From Octopus vulgaris (lineage: Eukaryota), in contig OX597826.1 of NCBI GenBank assembly GCA_951406725.2, forward strand, positions 40,362,001 through 40,426,000: a stretch of 64,000 nucleotides of DNA, in the 5' to 3' direction. Below are positions 1 through 14,684 of the stretch, one piece after another. The position numbers were made by a program, and so were the translations under genes. The number at the start of each line of letters is the position of its first letter. Position 1 is the stretch's first letter. The notes under the pieces were generated by a model. That model did no database searches, was not told the DNA's origin, and saw only the letters and a list, made by a program, of their open reading frames with translations.

Positions 1-443
1 GCTCTGTCTACTACAAAAATTCCATATAAATTCCAACCCACAATAAATTCACTTTATCAGATGTCGCCGAAGACGTCTAGAATCAGGATAGTCATTTGCG
101 GATTCTGCTGTAAAAAGATAAATACTTCACGGAACTCGTGTTTGAAAGACTATGATAACACAGTCGTGTTTTCAATACAAGATTAGAACAACAACTGTTT
201 CCATAGTTAAATAGACATGAAGAGAATGAGTCTGTAAATGACATAGGGTAAAATTAATGAAGCTAAATGTTTAGATAGCTATGTACGTCTGCTTTTAATG
301 GCGAATATAAACTCTACAGCCAAGATATATACACTCACATACACACACGCATACACACACACACACACAAATATATATACACATGTAGATGTGTGTGTGT
401 ATATATATACAGATAGATATGTAAATAGCTAGTTAGATAGATG

Positions 444-476
<33 letters not shown>

Positions 477-1429
477 TTGATGTATATATATATGTACGTA
501 TATACAATGAGAACGTTGTTGTTTTTGCTTTTTATTTAAATTTCTTTTTCAATTTCCTTGAGAGTTAATAGGATATTGAAAGTAGATTTCCTTCGATCAT
601 CCTTGCTGAAATATGTGATATTCTGTCAACTATTGATAAAAATTCAGTGTAATTTGTTTTTGATATATATATATATATATCTTTTTCTAAATACTTTTTA
701 AAACTTTTCTGCTTTCATCTATTATTACACGTCGTGCGTTGATTGTTAGAAAGAATTTAATGGAGAAGGGAAGCTTTTAAATGCTTTCAGACTGTTGATT
801 TGCGTTTCCTCACGATCATTTGTCTAGCGATGATAGTATTTACTTCATTACTAAGCATTGTTTTCCTTTCTGTATAATCTTAGAACCGTCAAAGCAGGCT
901 TGAAATCATCTGCGTGGCTTTCCTTCTGTTTAAAACCCTGCCAGTGTCGACTCTGAATTTCGTTGCTCTGCCTTCGGGATCTGATAAATTAACCAAGTAC
1001 TGCAATAATATTCACCAAATATACGCTGCCTTAGCTTTTGTTCCGCCATATAAGACACGAAAATGGGCTCACCATTAAATTTTGTACTCAACTTCCTGAT
1101 GGAGTGGTAAAGTTTCGTTTCTAGCACACAGCGGGTTGTTGGCATCCTTCTCCATGTTGGCATCCTTCTTCAGAAATGGAAACAAACAGAAAGACACTAG
1201 AGAGATGAAGAACTTTAGAAAGAAATTGAAATGTTGATCTCCTTACAGGACTGGTTCTCTATTTCCCGTCTTCAGAATGGTGAAACGCAAAGTTGACCTC
1301 GATGGAATTTGATCATAGACTGCAGGAATCTGGGGCGAATACTGAAAAGCAATGTATTCGACAATCTAAGGACTCGGACAATTGGGGCTCATAATGAATG
1401 AGTATGTTCAATTGAATACACATCATTTC

Positions 1430-2300
1430 GCTCTATTAAAATATAGACGTACAGTTTCAATGGGGTGATTTTTAGTTGCACTCTCCTTCAGTTTTCAGCC
1501 TACTGTAATAAAGAGGTACCGTTAATTCTATCATTAGATTTCATGAAGCAGTATATAGTGTAAATTAGCTTTAAATGTCTACGCTGTATGCCTGGTATCG
1601 TTCTTCGCTTGCTGCTATTGAACCTCTTAATACCAACTGTATCTCTCGATGTCAATGTCCGACCAGTCTTGGGAGATTCTTCAATTGCAATCTGGCTATC
1701 CAAAAGAGTGTTGAGGATCACATTTGGTAATGTCAAGTAATATCATTCTAGCTGCAGTAATGATTTTGCATTTATTTCGATGGAATATGTAATTTATATG
1801 TAACTACAGAAGGCATATCTAATAATGACAGAAAGGTTAGTGCTTAAATAGTTAATGTATAATTGGTCGAAACTTAATTTAGTTTTCATTCTCGAATTTT
1901 GTTTTTCCTGAAGACGATCCTTTTAAATTTATTGCTCGTAAAATCTGTATTCTAATCATATAGTATTTAAGGTGGCAAAGTTTAAACTAAGCTTGCCGAA
2001 ACCTAAGCTGGACAACGTTGTAATTATTCCGTATTCGAAACTTGTTATAATCAGCTGTGATTGTAGTTAGAGATTTTCTGTGTGTATATTCTGTTCTCGT
2101 TAAATTATAGGCTTTCTTGCCTGTATGTTGATATCTGTTGGATTAGTGGCAACGATATTGTACAGCTTATGATTTTAAAAATATACCTAGTATCTCTTTT
2201 CTATTCTTATCCATGATGTGGAATTTCAGACTGTTGCAGATAGCTAAACCATCATCTCTATAGTATACGGAAACTAATAACTTCGTTACTATTATCTGAT
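1430..2300 (-). mobile_element. Degraded Penelope-like element (Naiad-type RT through GIY-YIG remnant)
   Basis: Minus-strand translation near 2190-2270 gives YYRDDGLAICNSLKFHIMDKNRKEILGIF, containing the YRDDGL RT catalytic motif of Naiad-type PLEs. Decayed linker-like and endonuclease-like stretches follow toward 1430. Many stops and frameshifts. Confidence 0.6.
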
Positions 2301-2381
2301 ATGAATGTGGTCACACCTCCAGCCCATACAAACACCTCTTCTAATGTGCTGAAATCGAATGAAATTCAATCGTTTCCTCAA

Positions 2382-2440
<59 letters not shown>

Positions 2441-2914
2441 CAAAACATTGAAACACTGAGATTTGAAATCAAATGTCACTACTGTTCATTTCATCTGCTG
2501 ATGAATTATAAATTTGTACGAAGCGTAAGAATGCTTATTAAGCATCCACCTGCTAGAAATAAGAGCTAAAGTCTTAAATTTATCCACCGTACCGCACCAA
2601 GATAACAGAAAAAAACAGAATGCGAGGAAAACAGAAAGAATTAAAACATTTAACAGCACAAATAAAAAATATCATGCAATTAAGGATATCCACAAACCAG
2701 GTTTCGGCTTCTGATTATTTAAACCCTGAGCCTCGTCAGTGTGGACTACCGGGTCATAATCCATATGTGTGTGTGTGTCCTTTAAGCCTGTTTAGGGAAA
2801 CGTTTTTGAGTATGCATATAAAAGTTATTTTATTATGGCGGCTGCGGCCTAATGTTACTAACTTGCAACAACAGTTTTATGGTGTTTTACCGATCTGTGC
2901 TGATATAACGTAGG

Positions 2915-2975
<61 letters not shown>

Positions 2976-2980
2976 TAATA

Positions 2981-3520
2981 ATCGATTCTGTGGGACTTTC
3001 CAGTACATACAGACCGAGCCATCAAAGCCAATAAACCAGATATTGTTGTGAAAGACCAAACAATAAAGTTTGCTTATTGATCGACATGACCATCCCCTGC
3101 GATCATAAAATCTCGGCGAAAGAGTTTGACAAGCTCACAAAATATAAAGACCTGCTCATTGAAATTGAGAAAATGTGGCATCTCAAGGCGGTTACAATAC
3201 CAGTGATCGTAGGAGCACTAGGAATGATCAAGAAGGGAACCGAAAATTATATGAGAATGACCCCTGGCTTACCATCCCTGCAAGAAGTGCAAAAGATTGT
3301 CTTAACTGGTACATCACACGTATTGAGAAGAGCATTGTCGATGTGAGAACTATTACTACCCATTTATTTTAATTTAACTTTTAAAAAAAGAAAAAAAATG
3401 AACGAACTATTGATTTTAGTTTAATGGCCTACCAATGTATACTATGAGTTTCTTTGCCCTAGGAGTTGGGAAGACACTCGGCAAGAAATGGAAGCAAATT
3501 TGAAAGAAGAAAAAAAAAAT
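2981..3520 (+). mobile_element. 5'-truncated R4/Dong-clade non-LTR retrotransposon 3' end (REL endonuclease + 3' UTR), family A
   Basis: Translation SILWDFPVHTDRAIKANKPDIVVKD...LIDMTIPCD...KLTKYKDL...PVIVGALG is a PD-(D/E)xK REL domain. Stop at 3346. Flanked on both sides by (TAA)n. Confidence 0.9.
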
Positions 3521-3545
3521 AAATAAATAAATAATAGCAATAATG

Positions 3546-3605
<60 letters not shown>

Positions 3606-3660
3606 TTATAATAATAATGATAATAATGATGATGATGATGATGATGATGATGATAACAAT

Positions 3661-4245
3661 AGCATGCTGGCACAGAAAGAGTACAAGAAAAGACATGACA
3701 ATCTAGGAGGAATAATTCACTGGGAGCTATGTAGAGAGTTAAGATTTCAACATACTGATAAATGGTATGAACATGAACCTAGTAAAGTACTATAAAGTAA
3801 GAAATATAAAATGTGGGACTTCAACATTCAAACCGACAGAGTAATAGAAGCTAGAAGGACTGATTTAGTAGTAGTAGATAACGAGAATAGAAAGTGCCAG
3901 ATAATTGACTTTACAATCCCAAATAATGACAACATTAATATGAGAAGTATAGAAAAAATAGCAGAGTACCAGGACCTAGCCATTGAATTAGAGAGACTAT
4001 GGAAAGTGCGGGTAAAATGTGTCCCAGTAGTTATAGGTACATTGGTAAATATCCCTAAATATCAGAACAGATGGCAAGATGAAATCGGTATAAAGCTCTG
4101 TTTAGTGCAGCTCCAGAAAACAGTGTTATTAGAGAAAGCTAGGATACTTAGGAGGGTTCTCGGCATTGAAGGTTACTTGTAGCCCAATGCTAGGAATTTT
4201 TCTTTTCCAATACTCAAATCTGTTGAGTGAATATGAAAAAAATAA
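3661..4245 (+). mobile_element. 5'-truncated R4/Dong-clade LINE 3' end (RHD motif + REL endonuclease), family B
   Basis: LAQKEYKKRHDNLGGIIHWELC...WYEHEP*...WDFNIQTDRVIEARRTDLVVVD...IIDFTIP...YQDLAIELERLW...PVVIGTL. Preceded by (TAA/TGA)n and ends in an A-run/TAA. Confidence 0.9.
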
Positions 4246-4261
4246 TAATGATACTAATAAT

Positions 4262-4629
4262 AACAAGAGCACTCGGCGGGCGCAAACTTTCGCCAAGGCA
4301 ACACCAACGTCCTCTCAACGATTAGCCAGAGATGATTTTTAAAATGAGAATTTCTGAAATAAACTCGACTGCTCTCACAAACGAAAATACTAAAAATGAA
4401 CCCAACCGCTCTCAAAAATTAAGTAAAAAAGAGGAAAAATTATCCAGAATCTTTTCTGACACTGGCTATAACTTGTTCGTGCCAGTCATGAGGCCAAAGC
4501 ATCCCTGAAAATTTGATCAGAATCCATCCAGCGGTTCTTGAGATATCTTGTCCACGGATAAACAAACAAACAAACAAACAAATGCGACTGAAAACAATAC
4601 CTCCGCCTTCGCGAAGGCGGTGGGGGTAA
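4262..4629 (-). mobile_element. Non-autonomous Helentron-associated (HINE/DINE-1-like) element
   Basis: Perfect hairpin CCGCCTTCGCGAAGGCGG near one end, internal (TTTG)n, and a subterminal CCTTGGCGAAAG followed by a short GC hairpin and CTTGTT at the other end. Inserted in (TAA)n. Confidence 0.6.
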
Positions 4630-4631
4630 TG

Positions 4632-4771
<140 letters not shown>

Positions 4772-5439
4772 TATCCAGAGACTTTAGGCTTGCAACTATA
4801 GTCCGTATTCCTGGGATGGTTACAGTACAATCCGTAATATCCATAGACATCAGGTATGTCTTAGTTCATGTATTCATTTCTTTGGGCGATATAGCATTAA
4901 AGTTGAAAGTAACAAATGTTCAACTGAAGGATACCTATCAATTTTCATAAATCAAGAGGTTCATTGGGTTATGTGGGCAGTTCTGTGTGTATTTGGTAGT
5001 AAATAATAGAAGGTGGAGGAAAGAGAGAAAGGAATGGTAATGATAAAGGAGAAAGGGAGTGTGTGTTGAGGCTAGGCTTGTCTTGATATTTATGTGTACA
5101 CATGTTGCGATGGTGGTGTAGATCATTATTTTGACCTTAGTCACAGCAAGCACTTCCTGAAGGAATTAGAATGTTGTACAGCCAGGAAGCAAACTGGTGT
5201 TGAAGTTCATTATCTGAGTTTACAAATGATGTTCCCTTAAAGGGTCCTTTTATTTACATGTTGTGGGAAATGATGTTTCTTTTTGTTTAGTTCCGTTAGA
5301 TGTAATGACGGTTAAAGTATCTGTTTCATAATATTCTTTTCGACTTCTAGGATGGATGCCATGATCTTATGTTTGCATGATATAATTACTTCTGAATGTC
5401 TATTAATTATACGTTCCCTGGATGCGTTGATCTCCTGGG

Positions 5440-5960
5440 TTTCCACCGGTTCACGACAATACTTCCCCTTACATCAACTTACTTAAAAAAATAATTTGCC
5501 GTTTAGTCTAACAACACGAATATTCACAATAATATGAAACTCTGATACAAGAGACAGAAGAATAAGCGAAATGAAGACAATACTTGTCATAAGAAAATAC
5601 CCAACAAAATTAATTGAATTTGTTATTCAGAAAACCAAATAAATTAACTTCGGAGAACAACATCCAAAAGATAACAGAAATACTATTCCATATATTACAA
5701 CTTTTATACCATGGAACAACAAAAATGTTCACCAATATATATCTAAACCAACCAATATTCTTATAGGACCAAAACTGAAAAATCTTCGAAAAAACATCCA
5801 ATTATGAAAGGCAAGATGCAAACAATATCACTCAAAATTATATTGACCAATGCAAAGCTACAAGCACAAACTGCAGACCCCAAGGTAAGTAATTATAACC
5901 GGCCAAACTGCGGAATATGTAACTAACTACCTCCTGGAGGGTCCCTAGTTACAATCCACT
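5440..5960 (+). mobile_element. Degraded Penelope-like element fragment (Neptune-type RT thumb and Cys-rich linker)
   Basis: Frameshifted translation TGSRQY...NNLPFSLTTRIFTII*NSDTRDRRISEMKTILVIRKYPTKLIEFVIQK...SLKIILTNAKL...RPNCGICN matches the PLE RT C-terminal region and CxxC linker. Confidence 0.65.
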
Positions 5961-6319
5961 GAGAGATCTGCTTTCAGAATTAAAAGCAACACGCATGCAA
6001 TTGGGGCAACTTAATGTATTTTCTATGTGAAGGTGGCTGAGAACACTAAATCGGACGAAAGGTATGACACTAAGAAAAGGAATGTATATGTACGCCAGTA
6101 TATATTCCGTTAAACAAAAATACGAAAACATTCTGTGAAAGCAAATTTTATAGTTTTATTTTCATAGATGTAATACATAGAATAAGACTGTTTTCGCTTA
6201 TGTTAAAGTATTAAAAAGTTAATCGCACACAACTTATATTTGTATGTAAGACATTTGACACACCTTCAACTTTTTCTCAGTACACACGCACACACACACA
6301 CATGAAATGGGGTATGGAA

Positions 6320-6415
6320 CATCTGGACTACATATGTTTCATAGCGAGTAGATCCTCGGACGTGGTAAACACTGAGAGAGGTGTATACCGCTGGCTACTC
6401 TTCAAGCCAATCGCA
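6320..6415 (-). ncRNA. Degenerate type I hammerhead ribozyme-like motif (PLE terminal repeat)
   Basis: Minus strand TTGAAGA-GTAGC...GCTAT-GAAAC-ATAT-GTA with palindromic helix III. Stem I is imperfect. Confidence 0.4.
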
Positions 6416-6568
6416 TCTTGATTACATTAAAACCTAAATTGTCGCAAGGAGGTACATATTGTATTATATTGTACTATTATAAGAATATAATATAATATAC
6501 CATTATGCTAATAAATTTATAATTTTATCTTTGAATTGCCAATTGTTATACATCTCCATTTAATATTC

Positions 6569-6613
<45 letters not shown>

Positions 6614-6616
<3 letters not shown>

Positions 6617-6748
6617 TTTTACTTCTTTTACATGTTTCAGTCATTTGAGAGCAGCAATGCTGGAGCAATACCTTGAGGGTTTAGCTACAGGGTTTTAAAC
6701 TCAACAACACCGCTTGTCAAGCAGTAATGGAGAGCAAGCAGAGACACA

Positions 6749-6784
<36 letters not shown>

Positions 6785-6964
6785 CATATGTATATATATA
6801 AGACGGGCTTCTTCCAGTTTCCTTCTAGCAAATCCACTCACAAGGCTTTGGTCCGCCCGAGCTTATAGCAAAAAACACTTGCCAAGGTACCACGCAGTGG
6901 GACTGAACCTGGAATCATACGGTTGGACAGCAAGCTCCTTACCACACACCCACGACTGCGCTTA
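6614..6964 (-). mobile_element. tRNA-derived SINE family 1, internally deleted
   Basis: A-box/B-box-like head (GTGTGGTAAG...GGTTCAGTCCC), internal microsatellite, and a tail matching the copies at 54511 and 62150. Confidence 0.85.
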
Positions 6965-7711
6965 CATATAAATATATGTGTGCTTTTGTGCGTGTGAGAG
7001 TGCGTGCGTGCATCCATTTATGTATGCATGTACGTATGTACCTATATTATATTGTTTTTATTCACTTTTATTTAGGTCAATGTTTACAGGAAGGAGTCTA
7101 TGACCAATTAGATCGAACCAAATCTATTATTGATAGAAAGTTTTCCAACTTCAATATTTCAACACAGAATATAACAGGTGTCTGAGCTGTTCAATTATCC
7201 AGTTTTACCTTAAGGACTTACATCCTACTGTCCAATGAAAACGAACACAACAATTATGTTCTAGAAACAACTCTTTAAATAACAAATTTCAGAAGATTTA
7301 CATTGAAAAAGAGACATTTAAATGATAACTACATTATATATTTATTTTTACATCAACTTTTACTTTTTCGCGTGAATGTTAATCGTTTTTATAGAGAACA
7401 CACATATACTATCTCGGGATATTCTATGCTATATAAATGCACCAGAGGCCCAAAGAAAAAATAAATTCCTAATATGTAAATTCCGTTGGGCTTTTCATAC
7501 ATGAAAATTAATGCATTCTGAATAATCTGAAATGTTCGATTAGTCCATCGTCTCTCAGCTCGTTTATTTATTTATTCTATTTATTTATTTTTCTTTTGTA
7601 AAATCTAAGAATGACAGATTAATGGAACTAAGAATATCCACAAGCTGCTAATGATACTTGTAATTTGGTAAATCTTTAGATATTAAAGGAATAATTTGGT
7701 AAAGCATTAAA

Positions 7712-8038
7712 TCTTCTCTATATATAAAAGGCAGGTTGTCTGTCTGTGTGTCTGTAAGGTTGTACCCTCACCATGACCACGGCTTTCAACCGATTCTGAT
7801 GAAACTTGACACACACATAGCCCAATGTCATAATTCAAAACTAACACAGCGAAAATTTTGAAAAGTTCCCCCAGTTCTGAAAAAAAATTATAAATTCCGC
7901 CACTTCAAGCAGTCAACGAGACAAAACATGACCAGACAACATAACCTTGGCATACTTCTGCTAATCACAGCTGTAGCCGCAAGTCGTTGCCTACTAGGGG
8001 TTCTTACATACCCGGGCAACGCTGGGCTATGCTGCTAG
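7712..8038 (+). mobile_element. Non-autonomous Helitron (short copy)
   Basis: A|TC 5' end, 3' hairpin CCCGGGCAACGCTGGG followed by CTAG|T. Both termini are shared with 11965-13128. Confidence 0.85.
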
Positions 8039-9222
8039 TGTTATATATTTTCCCTGTGGCACACGTTCTAGAACCTGGTCGTATATTGAGACAACGATAA
8101 AACCAAACATAATTTGTAGCTAAACCTCTTCTTATAATCATGTAACACATATTTAGTGTCTAACGGTAAGTATATCAAATACGTTGCCGTTTCTGTAAAT
8201 GCAGTAGCTTTCAGAATGCACTATAAAATATGCAGTTAGGCATCTACTGACAACATACATTCATGCATACATACGTACATAGATGTATACCTGCATACCT
8301 ACCTACCTACCTACCTACCTATACATACATACATACATACATACATACATACATACATACATACATACATACATACATACATACGTACATACATACATTG
8401 ATATAATCATAGTTTCGATTTGAAATTTACAATTTAAAATTTAGTATCGAAACTGTATTTTGGGTACGTCCCTAGTAGAGTGCCAGCAGAACACGTCCAC
8501 CTCTTATGGGTACATGATGTCATCTATAGCAAATGCACATTCGTCGCTGTATCTATGTTAGGAAACCCTTAGTGCATATTGAGTATATTCTAGATAATTA
8601 ATACGGAAAGCAGTGTATGCTGGAAACCTTATTTATCAGTATGATCGTTTGGGCATAATTCTGCAACGCTCCCTAGTGGGTGGAGAACCATATGATGAAT
8701 TCTAATGCACCCCACAGTACGGAAATGCCTCGTCAGGTGACATAACAGGATTCCAAGTTACATAAGTGACATTTCGCACATAGACGTAGCTAGATGATGT
8801 TGGTATTAGTCATGTCTCAAATAAATTGATGATGAATGAAGAATATTTGTGGTTCATGCAGACAGGAAGTTGTTAACTAAAAGTACGATGTAAAGAATAA
8901 ATAAATAAATAAATAAAGGTAGATAAGAGGATGGATATATATATATATATATAAACATGTGTGCGTGTGTGTTTGGATATGTGTGCATATGTGAGTACGT
9001 ACATAAATATATGTTTGTGTGTGTGTGTATGTGCATGTATGTATACATGTTTGTGTGAGTGTGTACGTATGTCGTGAATGCAGGACGTTTATGTGAGTAT
9101 CTAGTTGCGTATATTTTTAATCTTTCTTCTTTTTCTACCTTTAAGAATAACTTCTCTTTTGTTCAACAGCTTTTCATCCGCTAATTATCTAATATCACGG
9201 TCTCATTCTTTTTTGGTACTCT

Positions 9223-10022
<800 letters not shown>

Positions 10023-10190
10023 AAGGTGTGGCGAAAGGGTCACGAGAAGTTCGCCATTGACTTCTGCCGGCGCCGCGTGGAGCTTAGGTGTTTCGCTCAT
10101 AAACATACACATCCCCCGGCCTGAGACTCGAACCCGCGATCCCTCGACCACGAGTCCGCTGCTCTAACCACTAGGCCATGTTCCTCCATA

Positions 10191-10229
<39 letters not shown>

Positions 10230-10232
<3 letters not shown>

Positions 10233-10770
10233 ACCCAAATGAGCAACAAGGACATCCAGAGGTAATGCAGTACGATCGTTTCATGCAACTCCATTTAATT
10301 GAACAAAGCAATCATTACAGCAATTTAAAATGCAGAGCAATCTTTAGCTGCACAAAGACAGAATCTAATTTAAATTAGAACAGTTGGACACATTAGTATA
10401 ATTATACCTAAAATCTCCAAGGAGTTAAGGAGATAGGCAAAGAACATGATGTTCTTACTCCACCATAGAAGTTACTAAGCTTTTCAAGAATATATACATT
10501 GTTACAGACTCTGCCTGTCACTGATTTTTTTTTATGAGGTCAGTTTTAATTTATAGACTAGTTTATCAAATTTCTTGTATATCGAAGGCCGAGAGAACAG
10601 GGTAGTATCAGTCGGGGTAGGGTTGAGGGAGCAGACATACATCATAGTTGGTATAGTCATAAAAGTCAAGATTTATTGGAAGCAATATCATGAGGTTTGG
10701 TATATAAAGTATGCAACGATTAAGCAATGTGCAACCAAAACTGAAAAGCTATAACTGTCATTAGATATGA
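10230..10770 (-). mobile_element. PLE 3' UTR/pseudo-LTR fragment homologous to 26060-26570, with a core-mutated hammerhead at 10266-10352
   Basis: The reverse complement aligns by eye with 26060-26570. The motif reads TGCAG-CTAAAGA...GAAAC-GATC-GTA-CTGCA. Confidence 0.75.
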
Positions 10771-10789
10771 CTTAGGGCATATCTCTCTC

Positions 10790-10849
<60 letters not shown>

Positions 10850-10910
10850 CATACATACTCGTATATATAGGCATATATACATATATATATATATGTATAT
10901 ATAGGCATAT

Positions 10911-11003
<93 letters not shown>

Positions 11004-11026
11004 TACTGTTAATATATATGCGTATA

Positions 11027-11220
11027 TTCTCTTTTACTCTTTTACTTGTTTCAGTAATGTGACTGTGGCCATGCTGGAGCACCGCCTTTAGTCGAGTAAA
11101 TCGAGCCCAGGACTTATTCTTTGTAAGCCCAGTACTTTTACCGCTAAGTTACGGGGACGTAAAGACACCAGTATCGGTTGTCAAGCGATGTTTGGGGACA
11201 AACACGGACTCACAAGCACA
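11027..11220 (-). mobile_element. SINE family 1, 3' portion
   Basis: CTCTTTTACTTGTTTCAG...CATGCTGGAGCACCGCC...AAGTTACGGGGACGTAAA matches 62150-62345. Confidence 0.85.
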
Positions 11221-11246
11221 CACACACACACACATATATATATATT

Positions 11247-11312
<66 letters not shown>

Positions 11313-11373
11313 TAGTTAGATAGATAAATAGATAGAGATCGATCGATCGATAGATAGATAGACAGACAGACAA

Positions 11374-11448
<75 letters not shown>

Positions 11449-11776
11449 TACAAACAGACAGTATATTACGAATTATGTAACAAGCCAAGTTCTGAAGAGA
11501 ACAGTGTGATCAATATACGTTTATAAGCTTATAAGCTCTTGTTATGATATATTAGGTAATGGTAATATAGGTAATGCTGATATACTAATACGAACTTATA
11601 GTTTGTCCAGCTACCAAATATACTGAGGAAACTGTTTAGTTCGTGAATACCCTTACATCTAGAAACAAGCACACGGGATTGGTGTTTGTGTGTGTACGTG
11701 TAACAATGCATATGGTATATTTGTGTGTATGTGTTCATGTATATGTATATATATATATACATTTATATGTATGTAT

Positions 11777-11817
<41 letters not shown>

Positions 11818-11964
11818 ATATTTCGGAATGGTCATATTGCCAGTTTAGCCAATAAAAAATCTTGCACAACAAATATTTAAACGTACTATATATATATATA
11901 TATATATACATATATATATAAATACATATATATATACACATACATACATATACATATACATATA

Positions 11965-13128
11965 TCTCTCTATATATAAACGGCAGTTTGTCTGTCTGTG
12001 TGTCTGTGTGTCTGTAAGGTTGTACCCTCACCCTGACCACGGCTGTCAACCGATTCTGATGAAACTTGACACACATATAGCCCAATGTCATAATTCAAAA
12101 CTAACGCAGCGAAAATTTTGAAAAGTTCCCCCAGTTCTGAAAAAGAACCGATGAATTCGACATGGGGTCGAGAATCTAAGCTTTTTATATGCAACACATT
12201 TTCTGTTGTAGTTTTCGCAACTTGCAATCGATTTTCACCAAACTCATGGTGAAGCTTAATGTTACTCTAAGAAACTTAATTCTGACGTTAGTTTTCCATG
12301 CAATACCTTACCATCAGAAAAAATCGATAAAATCATGCCATTTTGGGAAATCGCGTTCAAATTCAAGATGACATATTTTCGACAATATCTTTCACAAATT
12401 GGCAGGAATTTTTTTTTAAATTCACAGCGAGCATCATGTCTGCTCCAAGGAGCTATATGTCCCTTTTTATTCCAATAGGATACTTTATTACTGGAAAAAA
12501 TCGGTTAATTAAATCATATGTGGCACACATAGCAAACCGATTTGTGTATTAAACACAAACCACAGACTGTCTAGGGGACGCAACTCGACCTTTTTAACTC
12601 TCGGAACACGTGGGGTAAGTATCCCAAAATGTATAAAAATGTACAAAAACGGCAAAAAAGCGGGCAGCAATGTGAGTGACAACAACGAAAAAGTAAAAAG
12701 TGACCAAACTGAACAAACGAATGGAAAAAGTTTTTTGGTGCACACGACAAAAGCGGTTTATAATAAACCAAGAGTTTGCAAGTAGCGTCCGAGGACCCTT
12801 AGGGTACGTCAAAAATTTAAGGTAAAACGTTTAGGGTGGTAGTTATAAAGAAAGTTTAAACAAAAAAGTATTCGAATAACTTGCGGTTGCAGCAGCTATT
12901 AGCAGAAGTGGCGGTGTTGGGTGTAAAGTCTCGAATGTAATTTCTTCCTGGTAGGAATTGGTTGGGTTGAATTATCGATAGCTGTTTGATAGTTATTTGG
13001 GAGTGAAGAGAAGACATTGCAACCTACACATGCGCCTTCGTTCCCTAGAAGAAAAGGACTAGATTGGGATTAGTCGTTGCCTACTAGGGGTTTTTATATA
13101 CCCGGGCAACGCCGGGCTATGCTGCTAG
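11965..13128 (+). mobile_element. Non-autonomous Helitron (long copy)
   Basis: A|TC start, ~180 bp 5' block shared with 7712, 3' hairpin CCCGGGCAACGCCGGG followed by CTAG|T. Inserted in a TA-rich tract. Confidence 0.85.
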
Positions 13129-13129
13129 T

Positions 13130-13189
<60 letters not shown>

Positions 13190-13634
13190 CATACATATAC
13201 ATATACATATACATATATATATATACACATATATATATACATATAATATAGATTTCAATTTGACGATACATGCCGAAATTCGACGTAAAAAGTGATATCA
13301 GCATTTGCTAATTCTGTATTTCAATACGAATCGTTTTCATTTAGTAAATCATTATTTCAATTCACTGATTTACTTTCCCCAGCGTTTCAGGTTTTAAACA
13401 TGTAAGGGAATTTACTTCTCAAGTATTCTCTATTCAGTATTTCATGCATAAGCATAGATATACTGACAATTAAACTGCATTTATACAAACTACTACTTAA
13501 ATACAAGCGTTAACTTATCAGTATATCCCTCTTATCTTGCGAATACTTTTGGAGTTCGGATTTGCGTTAAGTTACTACATGAACCTTAAGTCTTACAGAT
13601 GGTTCAAGATCTTATATCAGTCGTTTATGACATG

Positions 13635-14584
13635 GGATATACTTAAGAATGTCAGAAGTTCTTATCCACCGTTGGGTGTATGTGTGTTTGTGAATCTGTT
13701 ACTTTAACTCCTCCGAGACTATCCAACCGATCTTGAAGAAACTTGAGATGGGGGGGGGGGTTATGCCCACGCGGTCACTTACGCAGTTGGAATTTCAAAA
13801 TATCGTTAATTTTTAATCAGCATCGATTTTTCAAAAATCAATACGTCATTTCAATGCAAATTCTCATATGAATGTCAATTCCTGTGCCATAACTTTTAAA
13901 GTTTTCAACCGATTTTCTTACAATTTTATATACAGATGGAATATACGCTAGGGAAGGGTTGAGACAAATACATTTTTACCTAGGCCAGACAAGCAAAGCG
14001 CAAGATGGTTTTTGATTAACTGCTTAACAAAATTTGGCCTAAATTGTTGTGGGGTTCATCAATTATCTCAATATTCTCAGGTTGCTGTAACATACTTTCT
14101 TAAGACCTGCACTTAAAATTATCGATTCTAAACGTTGCAGCGTTGTGTGCTAAGAAATGTAACATGTATTTTCTTAATACCTACACTTAAAATTGTCGGT
14201 TCTAACCCTTGCAATCGATATTTGATTCTCACGATCAGTGGAACTATACCCATAAAACACAGTCATCAAATTAAATGCCTTTTCGCTAAGTAATTTTTTG
14301 TTTACTTTTCAAACATTTATGTTCTTTTTTTTTTCATAACACTCCTTTACAATTCCCTTCTTGATTTTCCCATTGATTATACATTTGCAGCTTTCCAATC
14401 ATCTGACCAAACGATTGTCATTTTCCGATTCTACACATATTTCTTTGTATTATTGTTTGGTGAATGAATTTGCTTACGCCTTCGTCCTATGTCTTGATTT
14501 CATTTTTCGTCTGAGAGAAATTAGGCATTGTAACGGGTACTGGGAATATCCCTGCTCCCGGGTATTAGCAGTTACCTCAGCTAG
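13635..14584 (+). mobile_element. Probable degenerate Helitron-like element
   Basis: 5' GT-rich tract plus CAACCGATCTTGAAGAAACTTG, similar to the Helitron 5' block. Ends CCCGGG...GCTAG|T. Boundaries are uncertain. Confidence 0.4.
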
Positions 14585-14653
14585 TGTATATATGTGTGTG
14601 TGTGTATGTGATAGTGTGAGTGTGTTTGTGTGTGTGTGTGTATGTGATAGTGT

Positions 14654-14684
<31 letters not shown>

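Noticed and set aside
10120-10190. tRNA gene
   Set aside because: A and B boxes are present, but there is no proper acceptor stem and the sequence runs into a SINE body.
11620-11652. CTGAGGA-AACT/AGTT hairpin as a hammerhead (likewise CTGATGA at ~2498 and ~24100)
   Set aside because: The GAAA core and stems I/III are not properly formed, which is compatible with chance in AT-rich DNA.
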